40,720 nucleotides of DNA from an uncultured Nitrospiraceae bacterium (GTDB lineage: Bacteria; Nitrospirota; Thermodesulfovibrionia; Thermodesulfovibrionales; Dissulfurispiraceae): contig CAMTVO010000028.1 in the NCBI GenBank assembly GCA_947085205.1, positions 1 to 40,720 of the forward strand. Reading direction: 5' to 3'. A model generated the notes under the pieces. The model was not told the origin of the DNA. It searched no databases and saw nothing but the letters and a program-made list of their open reading frames with translations. Numbering within the stretch: position 1 is the stretch's first letter; every line of letters begins with the position of its first letter. Below are positions 1 to 10,591 of the stretch, piece by piece. The position numbers and the translations under genes are program-made.

Positions 1-258
1 CTTTTACCACTAACATCCCAGTTCGTGGTCTCATGCGGTATTAGCCCAAGTTTCCCTGGGTTGTCCCCCGCTTAAGGGTAGGTTGTCTACGTGTTACTCA
101 CCCGTCCGCCACTAACCGATGCGAAGCACTAAAAAGAATAAATCCTATAAGACTTATAAGACCTATTCCTCTTGGTGCTCCGCACCGGCCCGTTCGACTT
201 GCATGTGTTAAGCACGCCGCCAGCGTTCGTTCTGAGCCAGGATCAAACTCTCAATAGT
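1..258 (-). rRNA. rrs: 16S rRNA gene, 5' portion (runs off the window start)
   Basis: 232-251 is the reverse complement of AGAGTTTGATCCTGGCTCAG (27F site). It is followed by GAACGCTGGCGGCGTGCTTAACACATGCAAGTCGAAC and GTGGCGGACGGGTGAGTAA. The exact mature 5' end is approximate. Confidence 0.98.
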
Positions 259-321
259 TTTCCTGAATTTTGATTTTGGTTAAAACTTGTTATTAAAGTT
301 CACCACGCACGCTTTTAGCAA

Positions 322-333
322 TTTTCAAAGAAC
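322..333 (-). promoter_or_regulatory. rRNA leader boxA antitermination element
   Basis: Minus strand GTTCTTTGAAAA just downstream of the predicted rrn promoter. Confidence 0.75.
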
Positions 334-342
334 GAGATAATT

Positions 343-372
343 ACCTTACACAAATCTCAAAACTTTTGTCAA
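343..372 (-). promoter_or_regulatory. sigma70-type rRNA promoter
   Basis: Minus strand TTGACA (367-372), 18-nt spacer, TAAGGT (343-348), between the ispF stop and boxA. Confidence 0.7.
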
Positions 373-378
373 GGCCTT

Positions 379-855
379 TCAGCTTTGTGCCTGCCTCAAC
401 AAACATACAGCTTGTACTGCAATACCTTCTCCTCTGCCGACAAATCCCATCCCCTCATTAGTCTTTGCCTTAATGTTAATGAACTCCGGGGGAATCCCTG
501 CTTGAGAAATGGCGGATTTCATGGCATCAATATGGGGCGCAATCTTCGGTATTTCTGTTATGATAATCGAATCTATCCAGAGAATTTCAAAGCCCTTTGA
601 TTTTGAGAGTTCGACAATATGCTTTAAAAACATGATGCTTGAGGCATCTTTACACCTATTGTCACTATCCGGGAAATGCTTTCCGATATCTCCTTCGCCC
701 ATTGCGCCTATAATCGCATCAATGATTGCATGACAGAGGACATCTCCGTCTGAATGGCCGAGAAGGCCCTTCTCGAAAGGAATATCCACTCCTCCGATAA
801 TAAGTCTTTTACCTTCAACGAGCCTATGAGAGTCATATCCAATACCTATTCTCAT
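379..855 (-). CDS. ispF: 2-C-methyl-D-erythritol 2,4-cyclodiphosphate synthase
   Basis: MRIGIGYDSH, GHSDGDVLCHAIIDA, GDIGKHFPD, NIKAKTNEGMGFVGRGEGI motifs; adjacent to ispD. Confidence 0.97.
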   Translation of the reverse strand: MRIGIGYDSHRLVEGKRLIIGGVDIPFEKGLLGHSDGDVLCHAIIDAIIGAMGEGDIGKHFPDSDNRCKDASSIMFLKHIVELSKSKGFEILWIDSIIITEIPKIAPHIDAMKSAISQAGIPPEFINIKAKTNEGMGFVGRGEGIAVQAVCLLRQAQS

Positions 856-1562
856 GCCTTCAGCAAAGCCTCAGCTATTATTATATCTTCCGGCATTGTT
901 ATTTTAATATTAGTGTATGAGCCCATGATAATCTTGATTTTTCCTCCGTATCCCTCTATCAAGGCTGCATCATCTGTGGCATAATATTTATCGGCCATCG
1001 CCTTTCCATACGCATCTTTAATCTTCTCATAACAAAACACCTGCGGCGTTTGGATTGCCCATAGAGCATTACGGTTTAAAGTTTTTTCGACAATGATATC
1101 TTCTTCCGGCTTCCGGCTTCCAGCCTCCTTTATTGTATCTTTCACAGGCACACCGGCAACAACCCCGTCATAATTCTTTAACCCCGCAATGCTTCTTCTG
1201 ATTAAACCTCCTTCAACCAGAGGCCTTACCCCATCGTGTATCAAAACTACATCTGTCTTATTGTCAAGTATCTTAATGGCATTATAAACAGAGTTCTGCC
1301 TCTCTTGTCCACCCGGAACAATACGCTTGACCTTAGTAATATTATACTTTTCTATCAGTTCGCCGCATGTTATCAGATCATCTTCTTTCAATACAGGAAT
1401 GATTTCAGCTATTTCCTCAACACCCTGCAATGTCTCAAGGCTCCAGATAAGAAGGGGTTTTTCCATAAGCGGATAGAAGGGCTTGTTCTTTTCTTCGCCG
1501 AACCTCTTACCGAGCCCGGCAGCAGGGACTATGGCAACGACTTTGTCTTTTTTCCCTTTCAT
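852..1562 (-). CDS. ispD: 2-C-methyl-D-erythritol 4-phosphate cytidylyltransferase
   Basis: PAAGLGKRF, GGQERQNSV, LIHDGVRP, IQTPQVF, TDDA, NIKIT motifs. Confidence 0.97.
   Translation of the reverse strand: MKGKKDKVVAIVPAAGLGKRFGEEKNKPFYPLMEKPLLIWSLETLQGVEEIAEIIPVLKEDDLITCGELIEKYNITKVKRIVPGGQERQNSVYNAIKILDNKTDVVLIHDGVRPLVEGGLIRRSIAGLKNYDGVVAGVPVKDTIKEAGSRKPEEDIIVEKTLNRNALWAIQTPQVFCYEKIKDAYGKAMADKYYATDDAALIEGYGGKIKIIMGSYTNIKITMPEDIIIAEALLKA
1103..1128. repeat. Heptamer tandem repeat (CTTCCGG)n inside ispD
   Basis: CTTCCGG CTTCCGG CTTCCAG CCTCC; encodes EAGSRKPEE in a loop after DTIK. Confidence 0.6.
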
Positions 1563-1580
1563 ATTCTACCTCATAGCACC

Positions 1581-2561
1581 TCACTCATCTTCTTTCGGCT
1601 TTGCGAATATCATCCTTCCTGCTGTTGTCTGCAAGACGCTCGTTACAACTACTTCTACATTCCTGCCTATGAGCCTTCTTGCATTTTCTATAACAACCAT
1701 GGTGCCGTCGTCAAGGTATGCAACACCCTGATTGTATTCTTTGCCTTCTTTTACAATAAACAGATTAAGAGTCTCTCCGGGCAATACAACCGGCTTAAGG
1801 ACATTGGACAGTTCATTGATATTAAGAACAGCAACACCCTGAAGCTGTGCGACCTTGTTCAGATTAAAGTCATTAGTGATTATCTTTGCATTTAAAAGCC
1901 TTGCGAGGGCTATAAGCTTTGCATCGACCTCTTTTATCTTCGGAAAGTCTTCTTCCACTATCTTCACCTTGATGTTTGACATCTTCTGTATTCGGTGCAG
2001 GATATCGAGCCCCCTTCTCCCCTTTGTCCTTCTCAGAGGGTCAGGAGAATCCGCTATATACTGGAGTTCCTGAAGGATAAACTGCGGCAAAATAAACGCA
2101 CCTTCGAGGAATCCGGCCTCGATTATATCTGCTATGCGGCCGTCAATTATTACGCTCGTGTCAAGGATTTTTATATCTTCTTCCAGTTCCTGCCCTTTGA
2201 ATAAACGCATTATAGCCGGGATTGTGAGATTTCTGCCCTTGTTAAGTCCGACAAAGAGACCTCCGTATCCTAAAATTGCATTCAGTATAAATGAAGACAG
2301 GATACGGCTTTCATCGGTGATTACATAACGCAAAGGCAATAAAATAAGATTGGCGAATATAAGTCCGATGCTTAGACCTAAGAGACCTCCAAGGATGGAG
2401 CCGAAAGACACCTTTCTAAGCCTTGATTCTATTACTATCGATATTATACCGAAGAAAAAGCCTGTAACAATGCCTTGAGCTACAAACCCATATTTAAGGC
2501 CGTATAGATAACCGGCAAAAACAAAGACCGAAGCTATAGCTATTCTTGCGAAAATATTCAA
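1581..2561 (-). CDS. PIN/TRAM-domain membrane protein (YacL family)
   Basis: N-terminal TM helices, PIN motif [12 protein letters not shown]...[12 protein letters not shown] motif [12 protein letters not shown]; canonical position before ispD; TTG start with AAGGAGG RBS. Confidence 0.93.
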   Translation of the reverse strand: MNIFARIAIASVFVFAGYLYGLKYGFVAQGIVTGFFFGIISIVIESRLRKVSFGSILGGLLGLSIGLIFANLILLPLRYVITDESRILSSFILNAILGYGGLFVGLNKGRNLTIPAIMRLFKGQELEEDIKILDTSVIIDGRIADIIEAGFLEGAFILPQFILQELQYIADSPDPLRRTKGRRGLDILHRIQKMSNIKVKIVEEDFPKIKEVDAKLIALARLLNAKIITNDFNLNKVAQLQGVAVLNINELSNVLKPVVLPGETLNLFIVKEGKEYNQGVAYLDDGTMVVIENARRLIGRNVEVVVTSVLQTTAGRMIFAKPKEDE

Positions 2562-2581
2562 AGTTTCTCACCTCCTTCTTT

Positions 2582-2663
2582 ATTAGTCGTTAGTGAATAA
2601 TATTTAGTGAACAGCAGAAAACTTACTTTTAAGACTCCCTCTATTCACTATTCACTATTCACT
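2582..2663. repeat. Intergenic heptamer repeat with inverted partner (TAGTGAA.../CTATTCA x3)
   Basis: CTATTCA x3 at 2641-2661 (contains the protease stop codon); complementary TAGTGAA copies near 2591 and 2605. Confidence 0.7.
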
Positions 2664-4113
2664 GCGGCGGCAGCGCTACATAAAATTTTCTGCCGCTCCG
2701 GTTTATAAATAATAAGACCGTATCGTCAGACCCTATCTTAGAGACCAATTTATTAAAGTCGTTAATACTATTGATCCTCTGTCTGTCCATCTCCTGTATG
2801 ACATCGCCTTTCCTGATTCCGACCTCCTCTGCGGATGAGCCGTGTTCGACCTTGACAATAACAACTCCCTTTTCATCCCTGTCTATGCCGAGTTGTTTTG
2901 CAATGGCAGTATTAAGGTCCATAACTGTTATGCCCGAAATCGCATTATCGCCCATATCCGTGCCGCGGGAAGAGCTCGGCACTATATCTCCAACCTCTGC
3001 CGGCAGTTCCATTATAGTAGCCTTTAGGGTAATCTCCTTGTCCCGTCTTAAAACCTTTATATCCACCTGCGAACCGATCTTGCTCTGGGCAACCATATTT
3101 CTCAATGTTGCCACATCCCTGATCCTTTTGCCGTTAAACTCAAGGATTATATCTCCCCTCATCATCCCTGCCCTGTGCGCCGGACTGCCCTTGGCAACAT
3201 CGCTCACAAGCGCTCCGTCCGACTGCCTAAGTCCGAACTTATGGGCAATCTCCGGAGTAATCTCCTGAATCGTAATGCCGAGCCAACCCCTCGTAACCTT
3301 CCCATGTTTGATCAATTGGTCCATAACAACACGCACCATATTGCTCGGCACAGTAAAGCCTATTCCCTGATAGCCTCCTGTCTTTGAGAATATTGCTGTA
3401 TTTATGCCTATCAATTCGCCTTTGATATTTACCAACGGCCCGCCTGAATTGCCGGGATTTATGGCCGCATCGGTCTGAATAAAGTTCTCATAATCGGTGA
3501 TTCCAACGTCAGCCCTTCCGACAGCGCTGATTATTCCCATTGTGACCGTATGACTCAATCCGAAAGGATTACCGATGGCAAGGACAAATTCTCCAACCTG
3601 CAGTTTCTCTGAATCCCCCCAAGGTAGCATAGGAAGCCCCTTTGCATCTATTTTTATGATTGCGATGTCGGTTTTAGGGTCAGAGCCTACAACTTTTGCC
3701 TTAAAGCTCTTCTTGTCGATAAGTATTACCTTTATCTCATCAGCCTGCTCCACTACATGGTTGTTTGTAACTATATACCCGTCTGAAGAAACAACAACAC
3801 CGGAGCCGAGGCTTTGCTCCTTCCATCTTTTTCCCCTGCCGTCGGGAAACGGATAGAGGAAATCAAAGAATTCATCAAAAGGTGTAGGCTGTCTTTTTAT
3901 TACTTTTGTGCTTGAAATGTTGACAACAGCGGGAGATACCGCCTTTACAATCTCCGAGAATGCCCTTGATGTCTCCTCTATCTGCTTAGGCACTCGCGGC
4001 GCAAAAGGAGTGTATGAGGACACGGTTGTCTTGCTGAGAAAGTAGTATGTGATTCCGCCTAATAAAAAGCCTATGAGCAGAATTATGGGTATCCAGAAAA
4101 AACGTCTTCGCAT
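2659..4113 (-). CDS. DegP/DegQ (HtrA, Do) serine protease with two PDZ domains
   Basis: TNNHVV, TDIAII, FIQTDAAINPGNSGGPL catalytic triad motifs; two PDZ repeats; N-terminal membrane anchor. Confidence 0.95.
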   Translation of the reverse strand: MRRRFFWIPIILLIGFLLGGITYYFLSKTTVSSYTPFAPRVPKQIEETSRAFSEIVKAVSPAVVNISSTKVIKRQPTPFDEFFDFLYPFPDGRGKRWKEQSLGSGVVVSSDGYIVTNNHVVEQADEIKVILIDKKSFKAKVVGSDPKTDIAIIKIDAKGLPMLPWGDSEKLQVGEFVLAIGNPFGLSHTVTMGIISAVGRADVGITDYENFIQTDAAINPGNSGGPLVNIKGELIGINTAIFSKTGGYQGIGFTVPSNMVRVVMDQLIKHGKVTRGWLGITIQEITPEIAHKFGLRQSDGALVSDVAKGSPAHRAGMMRGDIILEFNGKRIRDVATLRNMVAQSKIGSQVDIKVLRRDKEITLKATIMELPAEVGDIVPSSSRGTDMGDNAISGITVMDLNTAIAKQLGIDRDEKGVVIVKVEHGSSAEEVGIRKGDVIQEMDRQRINSINDFNKLVSKIGSDDTVLLFINRSGRKFYVALPPQ

Positions 4114-4116
4114 ATT

Positions 4117-6000
4117 TTATTTTAACATGAATTTCCGAATATCCCCAACCCTCAGCGTAATCCTGCTGGAATCGAGGTGTTCAAGGAATGGAAGGGCGTA
4201 TTTACGGCTTGTGCCGAGGACATCCCTGAACTCGGCCACTGTCATCTCTTTCTTTTTAGAATAGAAATCTCTGAGCAGGTCAATCATTTTATTATACTGT
4301 TCTTTTGTTATATACATGGAGTCATTAATCCTCACGGTTGCGCCTTCCTTTGCAAGCAGCTTGAAAAGGTCTGTAAGCTCTTTTTCGGAAATGGATAATT
4401 TCTGAGCAAGCTCCGACTTCATTGGGGGCTGGAAACCGTCTTTGTTCAGAGCGGAAATTATCCTGCCCTTAATGCCTTCATCCGCCTGAGAGAAGGATGC
4501 CTTGAAATCCTTGAGCCTCAATATATCCTTCTCTGTGACAATGTCATCCATCATGGTAATGAGATTAAAAAAACGGGCAGTCGGAAACGGCATCTTTGCC
4601 TTCAACTCCTCCTTTGAGATGCCCGATTTCAGGGGATTCTCCTTGTGAAAACGGCTGAGGGTTGATTTGGCTATATCTCTGAAGGAATTGAAGCTGTCGC
4701 GATGAAAAAGAACATCCTGACTCTTAATCAATTTACCTTCTTTAGCAAGCTGCTCTATGGCTGACCTTATTTCAGGAATATCTCCCTGCATCCATCTTTC
4801 TATTTCAGAGACCGCGCAGCCGTTAAAGTTCATTTTTTTAACCTTTATCTCAATCTTATCCTTAAGACTTCCTTTTTCAATGGTTATGAGGTCTTCTATT
4901 CCCTCTTTCTTCTTTCTCTTTACTGGATAAGGGTCGAGGATTTCGCCTCCGCCGATTGTTTCTAATGGGGAGAACCTTCTGATTATGTATCTGTCTCCTG
5001 AAAGTACTATAACAGGCTCTTGCAGCCTGAACTGGCAGTAGCATGATTCTCTTGCCTTTATCTCATCTTTGTCATAGATTATAATTCTGGCAATTGTCTC
5101 GGCAGTGCTTGAATAAAAATGTACAAGGCTTCTGCTCTTTACAGCAGGAGCATCTCCAAGCATATTTAGCTTTGCATCTATTACTCTTGTAGGAATAAAG
5201 CGGTCTGGAGTAACAACAACATCTCCCCTTTTAAGCAATTCCTTGTCGACACCCTGAAGATTAATGCCTATCCTCTGTCCTGCAAAGGCCTTTTCAACAC
5301 TCTTTCCGTGGCTCTGCAAGCCTCTTACTTTTGATGCAATCTTTGATGGAAGTATCTCTACAGGCGCATCAAGAGTTATAGTCCCTGATAAAGCTGTTCC
5401 TGTTACTACTGTGCCGAATCCTTTCAATGTGAAGACCCTGTCTATGGGAAGTCTGAATAAACCTTCTGTAAGTTTAGGTTTTACTTTTCCGGCAACCTCT
5501 CTTATCTTTTCCTTGAGTTCATCTATATTCATTCCTGTTTTGGCAGACACAGGAACTATCTCTGCATTTTCAAGGAATGTGCCTTTTACAAAATCCCTTG
5601 CCTCATCGGTTACAAGGCTGAGCCAATCAGCATCCACGAGGTCTGCTTTTGTCAGTGCAACGATTCCAGCCTTAATCTTCAGCAATTCACATATGGCAAG
5701 ATGCTCCCTGCTCTGCGGCATTATCCCTTCATCAGCAGCAATAACCATTACAACAATATCAATGCCGCCCGCTCCTGCAAGCATGTTCTTGATGAGCCTC
5801 TCATGTCCCGGAACATCGACAATGCCTACTGTGAGGCCGTCTGGATAAGAGAGATTGGCAAAACCGAGGTCTATAGTTATGCCTCGCTCCTTCTCTTCCT
5901 TTAATCTGTCAGGGTCTATACCGGTGAGCGCTTTTACGAGTGAGCTTTTGCCGTGGTCGATATGGCCTGCAGTGCCGAGGATTACGCTTTTGATGTTCAT
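4117..6000 (-). CDS. selB: Selenocysteine-specific elongation factor SelB
   Basis: [31 protein letters not shown] GTPase motifs; 627 aa with C-terminal winged-helix [13 protein letters not shown]. Confidence 0.97.
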   Translation of the reverse strand: MNIKSVILGTAGHIDHGKSSLVKALTGIDPDRLKEEKERGITIDLGFANLSYPDGLTVGIVDVPGHERLIKNMLAGAGGIDIVVMVIAADEGIMPQSREHLAICELLKIKAGIVALTKADLVDADWLSLVTDEARDFVKGTFLENAEIVPVSAKTGMNIDELKEKIREVAGKVKPKLTEGLFRLPIDRVFTLKGFGTVVTGTALSGTITLDAPVEILPSKIASKVRGLQSHGKSVEKAFAGQRIGINLQGVDKELLKRGDVVVTPDRFIPTRVIDAKLNMLGDAPAVKSRSLVHFYSSTAETIARIIIYDKDEIKARESCYCQFRLQEPVIVLSGDRYIIRRFSPLETIGGGEILDPYPVKRKKKEGIEDLITIEKGSLKDKIEIKVKKMNFNGCAVSEIERWMQGDIPEIRSAIEQLAKEGKLIKSQDVLFHRDSFNSFRDIAKSTLSRFHKENPLKSGISKEELKAKMPFPTARFFNLITMMDDIVTEKDILRLKDFKASFSQADEGIKGRIISALNKDGFQPPMKSELAQKLSISEKELTDLFKLLAKEGATVRINDSMYITKEQYNKMIDLLRDFYSKKKEMTVAEFRDVLGTSRKYALPFLEHLDSSRITLRVGDIRKFMLK

Positions 6001-6707
6001 TGGTTTATTGCAAACTCTTTAAACCCATTAAGTATTTTCAATCCTAATTCCTGGCTCTTCTCAGGATGAAACTGTGTTGCGAATACATTGTCCTTCCATA
6101 CCATTGAAACAAACTCAATGCCGTATTCCGTTGTCCCTGCAATAATTCCTTTATCTTCAGGCACGACATAAAAAGAGTGGACAAAGTAAAAATAGGAATT
6201 ATCAGAAATGCCGTCAAATATGGGTGGTTTCTTGGACAGCTTAACCGTATTCCATCCCATGTGCGGGATCTTTAAATCAGAGGACAGAGAACAGTGAGCA
6301 GTGAACAGTGAACAGTTTTCGGCTGACTGCTTACTGTTTACTGTCTGTGTTCTGTCTTCTGTTTTCTGAAACTTAAATTTGACGACCTTCCCTTTAAACA
6401 CATCCAGCCCTTTGCAGACGCCGAATTCCTCTGACTCTGTAAACAACAACTGCAATCCGAGGCACATGCCTAAATATGGTTTGCCTTTCTGAATTTCTTT
6501 CACGATGGAATCGAGGAGATTAAGATTATCAAGGTTTTTCATGCAGTCCTTGAATGCGCCTACTCCCGGAAGGACTATGCCTTTGGCATCTGCAATCACC
6601 TTAGGGTCAGATGTAACCTTTACATCAGCGCCGACTTTTAGAAAGCCCTTCTCAACGCTCCTTATATTCCCCATTCCATAATCAACAATCGCAATCATTG
6701 ACTTCAT
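5997..6707 (-). CDS. hisH: Imidazole glycerol phosphate synthase, glutamine amidotransferase subunit (with ~31-aa repeat-derived insert)
   Basis: DYGMGN, LPGVGAF, GMCLGLQ, IPHMGWN, YFVHSF, QFHPEKS motifs. Confidence 0.97.
   Translation of the reverse strand: MKSMIAIVDYGMGNIRSVEKGFLKVGADVKVTSDPKVIADAKGIVLPGVGAFKDCMKNLDNLNLLDSIVKEIQKGKPYLGMCLGLQLLFTESEEFGVCKGLDVFKGKVVKFKFQKTEDRTQTVNSKQSAENCSLFTAHCSLSSDLKIPHMGWNTVKLSKKPPIFDGISDNSYFYFVHSFYVVPEDKGIIAGTTEYGIEFVSMVWKDNVFATQFHPEKSQELGLKILNGFKEFAINQ
6277..6369. repeat. Palindromic heptamer-repeat element inserted in frame in hisH
   Basis: Left arm CAGAGGA CAGAGAA CAGTGAG CAGTGAA CAGTGAA CAGT; right arm ACTGCTTACTGTTTACTG...TTCTGTCTTCTGTTTTCTG; encodes [30 protein letters not shown]. 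Confidence 0.85.
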
Positions 6708-6708
6708 T

Positions 6709-9174
6709 TTACCACACCCAAAAAAGTTTTTTAAAATTCATCCACTCCTCTTTTAATGTCTTTGCCTCTGAGAACTGAAAATCTCTCCATGTCTTGATTT
6801 TAAGCCTTCCGTCAGGCAGTTCTTCTATGCCAATCGCTCCGTCAATATCTGTTCTGAGTATTTTTGCACTATTAAGCATATCCAATGTTTCATCATGCGG
6901 ATGATTGTATAAGTTTTTTCTCCCAGCGCTTATTACAGCTATTTCAGGCGATACGGAACTAAAGAACATCTCTAATACAGACGTGCGGCTTCCGTGATGT
7001 GGAACTTTCAAGACATTGCTTTTAAGATGTTCTCCGAGATGCAAAAGATTTTCTTCTGCCTCTTCTTCTATATCTCCTGTAAAAAGAAAACCATTCTTCC
7101 TGCTGTGAATCTTCAATACAATTGAGTCATTGTTTTCAACATTGTCGTCCGAATGCAGCGTGTAAAACTCATCATAAGGATGCAGAACCGTAATCCTGTA
7201 TCCTTTGCCCTTAATAACATCGCCCCTCTGAAGCCCTCTGCGCCTGAGTTCAGGGAATCCATCCGGATATACCAACCGACCATTATCCCAGATTTCATGA
7301 ACTTCAAAATTTTTTAAAAGATATTCCAATCCGCCGGCGTGGTCTGATGAGCCGTGAGACAAAATAAGTGCATCAATCTCTTTAATTCCCCTGTATTTCA
7401 AAAACTCGCCGACCTGAAAGCCCTTTTTTCCTGTATCCACCACAATTGTTTTACCATCAGGAAATTCAACAACCGCAGAATCTCCTTGCCCTACATCGAG
7501 ATGAGTTATTTTTAGTTTCTCAGGTTCAAAAAATTTGATGCCTGCATAGAAAAATATCGGAATTATGGCAACAGCAACCGGAATGGTTATAGGCGATAGA
7601 CGATAGGCAATAGACAATTTTTTAACCTCCTCTTGCCTATCGTCTATCGCCCCTTGCCCCTTTTGCATTTTGATAATTACATAAGCCAAAACGCCGGTAT
7701 AAAATATAACAAGTAGTATGGATGAAAATGCCGGGATTTTTATATCCACAAAGCTCCATTGTGAGATATGTTTTATCACATCAAGGACAAAAACAGTAAT
7801 CGCATCGACTAAAGAATGCAGAGGAAAAATATCAAAAGCAAGAAAAACAAAGGATGATACAAGGGCTATAGGGAGAATAACAAATCCGATAATCGGCGTG
7901 ATGATGAGATTTGTAATCGGCGATAGCAGAGAAAAATAATGGAAATGATAAGCCACAAGCGGAGCAGTTCCAATAGTTGCAGCGAGGGAAATCAGCACGG
8001 AAGTTCGGAAGACCTGAATCGCGGAAGAAAAAACTGATTTATTAGAATGTCCGTTCTTCCGCACTTCCGTGCTTCCGTGCTTATATGCCGCTACCATTCC
8101 TATGCACAAGACAGCGACAAATGAAAGCTGAAACGAAAGTTCGAGAATGGAATCAGGCTGGATTAAAATAATAATAACTGCCGCAAGCAGCAACGTATTC
8201 AGCCAGAACCCCTTTCTGTGTATTAAAAGGCCGAAGAGGAACAGGGTTATCATGATAAACGCCCTGATTGAAGGGATGCTCATATCTGAGATGCCGAGAT
8301 AAGCTATCATAAAGGGAATACACATGGATGCAGCAATCTGTGAAGGGGTGAGATAAAGGGTTAGCCTGACAAGAATATTGTGAGGCAATACCTTAACCAG
8401 AAGCCTGAACAGTCTGAAAAGAATAAAAAGCAGCAGTCCAAAATGAGTCCCTGATATGCTCAGTATGTGTGCGAGTCCTGTTACATTAAATGCATCTCTC
8501 GTCTCCTTTGTTAGCAGGCTTCTATCTCCTGTTATTATGGACATTATAAACGGAGCAGATTCGCCGGAGAAGTTATTTTTTATGAAGCGATTGAGCCTTG
8601 ACCTTAGCGGGCCGAAGAAGCTTCCTGTTAACTCACGGATTTCTTTTGCCTCCAATGCATACCCTGAAACAAGGTTCCTATTACTGCCCGGATTTAAAAA
8701 ATATGCATCTCTTGGAATGCGAACCTTAATGAGATATTCCTTATTGGACTCTAAAGCAATGCCGGTAAAAACCCTCAATTCCCTTAGATGCAGCATGTTG
8801 TTGTCTTTATCCGCCGCTTTTCTGACTTCTATAGTTTGATAGAAAGCGTCTCCCTGAGAACTTAACGAGACCGCTTCTGACTTCGCTGCTCCTTGAACTT
8901 CTATGGTTTTTCCGGCAATATCCGAGAGGGTGGGTGGCGGCAGATACAAAATCTTTGCATAATAAAATCCAGCGACTGCAATAATTGCAATAGCAATGAC
9001 AGCGAGCTTCTCTTTTTTGTAATACAAAAGTCGGGGTCCCCAAAAAATCGTAAGATTTTTTGGGGTGACAGTCAGGCTTAATAAAATCAGAGCAATCAGG
9101 AGGCTTGTATAAGGGAAAAAACTATGACTATAAAAAAGTGATGTGCCGCAGATGAACGAGATAAAGTAAATCAT
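6709..9174 (-). CDS. comEC: DNA internalization competence protein ComEC/Rec2
   Basis: Competence domain GLAHILSISGTH, SFQLSF; C-terminal MBL fold LDVGQGD, SHGSSDH, TGDI, KVPHHGS. Confidence 0.95.
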   Translation of the reverse strand: MIYFISFICGTSLFYSHSFFPYTSLLIALILLSLTVTPKNLTIFWGPRLLYYKKEKLAVIAIAIIAVAGFYYAKILYLPPPTLSDIAGKTIEVQGAAKSEAVSLSSQGDAFYQTIEVRKAADKDNNMLHLRELRVFTGIALESNKEYLIKVRIPRDAYFLNPGSNRNLVSGYALEAKEIRELTGSFFGPLRSRLNRFIKNNFSGESAPFIMSIITGDRSLLTKETRDAFNVTGLAHILSISGTHFGLLLFILFRLFRLLVKVLPHNILVRLTLYLTPSQIAASMCIPFMIAYLGISDMSIPSIRAFIMITLFLFGLLIHRKGFWLNTLLLAAVIIILIQPDSILELSFQLSFVAVLCIGMVAAYKHGSTEVRKNGHSNKSVFSSAIQVFRTSVLISLAATIGTAPLVAYHFHYFSLLSPITNLIITPIIGFVILPIALVSSFVFLAFDIFPLHSLVDAITVFVLDVIKHISQWSFVDIKIPAFSSILLVIFYTGVLAYVIIKMQKGQGAIDDRQEEVKKLSIAYRLSPITIPVAVAIIPIFFYAGIKFFEPEKLKITHLDVGQGDSAVVEFPDGKTIVVDTGKKGFQVGEFLKYRGIKEIDALILSHGSSDHAGGLEYLLKNFEVHEIWDNGRLVYPDGFPELRRRGLQRGDVIKGKGYRITVLHPYDEFYTLHSDDNVENNDSIVLKIHSRKNGFLFTGDIEEEAEENLLHLGEHLKSNVLKVPHHGSRTSVLEMFFSSVSPEIAVISAGRKNLYNHPHDETLDMLNSAKILRTDIDGAIGIEELPDGRLKIKTWRDFQFSEAKTLKEEWMNFKKLFWVW
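7589..7660. repeat. In-frame inverted heptamer repeat in comEC
   Basis: GGCGATAGACGATAGGCAA (7592-7610) and TTGCCTATCGTCTATCGCC (7633-7651) form a perfect 19-bp inverted repeat with 7-nt periodicity. Confidence 0.85.
7994..8081. repeat. In-frame inverted octamer repeat in comEC
   Basis: GCACGGAA GTTCGGAA (from 7995) versus TTCCGCAC TTCCGTGC TTCCGTGC (8057-8080). Confidence 0.75.
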
Positions 9175-9180
9175 TAGTTA

Positions 9181-9218
9181 TGGAGTATTGGAATAATGGA
9201 GTGTTGGCGTATTACTCC
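9181..9218. repeat. Octamer tandem repeat at the glmM-comEC junction
   Basis: TGGAGTAT TGGAATAA TGGAGTGT TGGCGTAT then complementary TACTCC. Confidence 0.7.
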
Positions 9219-10591
9219 GTATCACAGAGTTTCTTTTTAATTACATTTGCAATATCTTCAGCCGCTGTCTTTGCCATCTTTTCGTCCTCTGCCTCCACCA
9301 TAACCCTTATCTTTGGCTCTGTGCCTGATGGCCTGACAAGTATCCTTCCTTTATTGCCCAGATTTTCTTTTGATTTATCGATAACACTCGTTATTTCCGG
9401 AATCTCTTTAAAATCTTTCTTTCCAGAAACTGCAACATTGAGAAGCATTTGCGGATAAAGCTCTATATCCGCAGTAAGTTCAGAGATAAGCCTGTTCTTT
9501 TTTCTCATAAGATACGCAACCTGCAGGGCAGTGATAGGGCCGTCGCCTGTGGTGTTGTAATCAAAAAATATTATATGCCCGGACTGCTCTCCGCCGAGAT
9601 TGTACCCGCCCTTCTTCATCTCTTCCATAACATACCTGTCTCCAACTTTTGTCCTAACGAGCTTTATCCCCTGTCTTTCAAGATATTTCTCAAGACCTAA
9701 ATTAGACATAACTGTTGCAACAACACCATTGCCGCTAAGTTTACCTTCCCGTTTCAGCTCCGAAGCCCATATGCCTAATATAATATCTCCGTCCACTATG
9801 TTGCCATTCTCATCAACAAAGAGCGTCCTGTCAGCATCGCCGTCGTGCGCTATGCCGATATGTGCATTGTGCTTTTTAACTTCAGCCGCAAGACACTCCA
9901 GATGCAATGAGCCGCAGTTGTCGTTTATATTGATACCATCGGGCCTGTCATTGATTGATATTACCTCTGCGCCGAGCTCCCTCAAGAGCCACGGAGTAAC
10001 CTTATAAGCAGCTCCGTTGGCTGAATCTACAACTACCTTTAAACCTTCGAGGTCTATGCCTTTTGGTATTGTTGATTTTATATATTCTATGTATCTACCC
10101 GTGGCATCATCGAGCCTGTATGCCTTGCCGATTTTATCATCCGCAGGTTTTTTTGCCGGAAATTTTTCATCCGCCACAAGTCTCTCGATCTCCTTTTCGA
10201 GCCTACTAGACAACTTAAAACCATCGGATGCGAATATCTTTATGCCGTTATCTCCAAAGGGGTTGTGAGAGGCTGAGATAACTATCCCTGCATCGAGCCT
10301 CAGTGTTCGCGTAAGAAAGGCGATTCCGGGTGTTGGGATTGGTCCAACAAGGGTCACATCCATTCCCATCGAACATATGCCTGAAGTAAGGGCGCTCTCT
10401 ATCATGTAGCCTGAAAGCCGTGTGTCCTTGCCGATCAGGATCATATGCCTTCCGTGGTCATTTATCATTCTGTTCTTCAAAATATGGGCAACAGCCATGC
10501 CTACTCTCAGAACATTTTCAGGCGTCATAGGAGACCTGTTAACCTTGCCCCTTATACCGTCAGTGCCAAATAATTTTATATTTTGGCTCAT
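9212..10591 (-). CDS. glmM: Phosphoglucosamine mutase
   Basis: FGTDGIRG, GKDTRLSG, SASHNP phosphoserine motif, DGDADR, GGEQSGH, RPSGTEP. Confidence 0.97.
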   Translation of the reverse strand: MSQNIKLFGTDGIRGKVNRSPMTPENVLRVGMAVAHILKNRMINDHGRHMILIGKDTRLSGYMIESALTSGICSMGMDVTLVGPIPTPGIAFLTRTLRLDAGIVISASHNPFGDNGIKIFASDGFKLSSRLEKEIERLVADEKFPAKKPADDKIGKAYRLDDATGRYIEYIKSTIPKGIDLEGLKVVVDSANGAAYKVTPWLLRELGAEVISINDRPDGININDNCGSLHLECLAAEVKKHNAHIGIAHDGDADRTLFVDENGNIVDGDIILGIWASELKREGKLSGNGVVATVMSNLGLEKYLERQGIKLVRTKVGDRYVMEEMKKGGYNLGGEQSGHIIFFDYNTTGDGPITALQVAYLMRKKNRLISELTADIELYPQMLLNVAVSGKKDFKEIPEITSVIDKSKENLGNKGRILVRPSGTEPKIRVMVEAEDEKMAKTAAEDIANVIKKKLCDTE

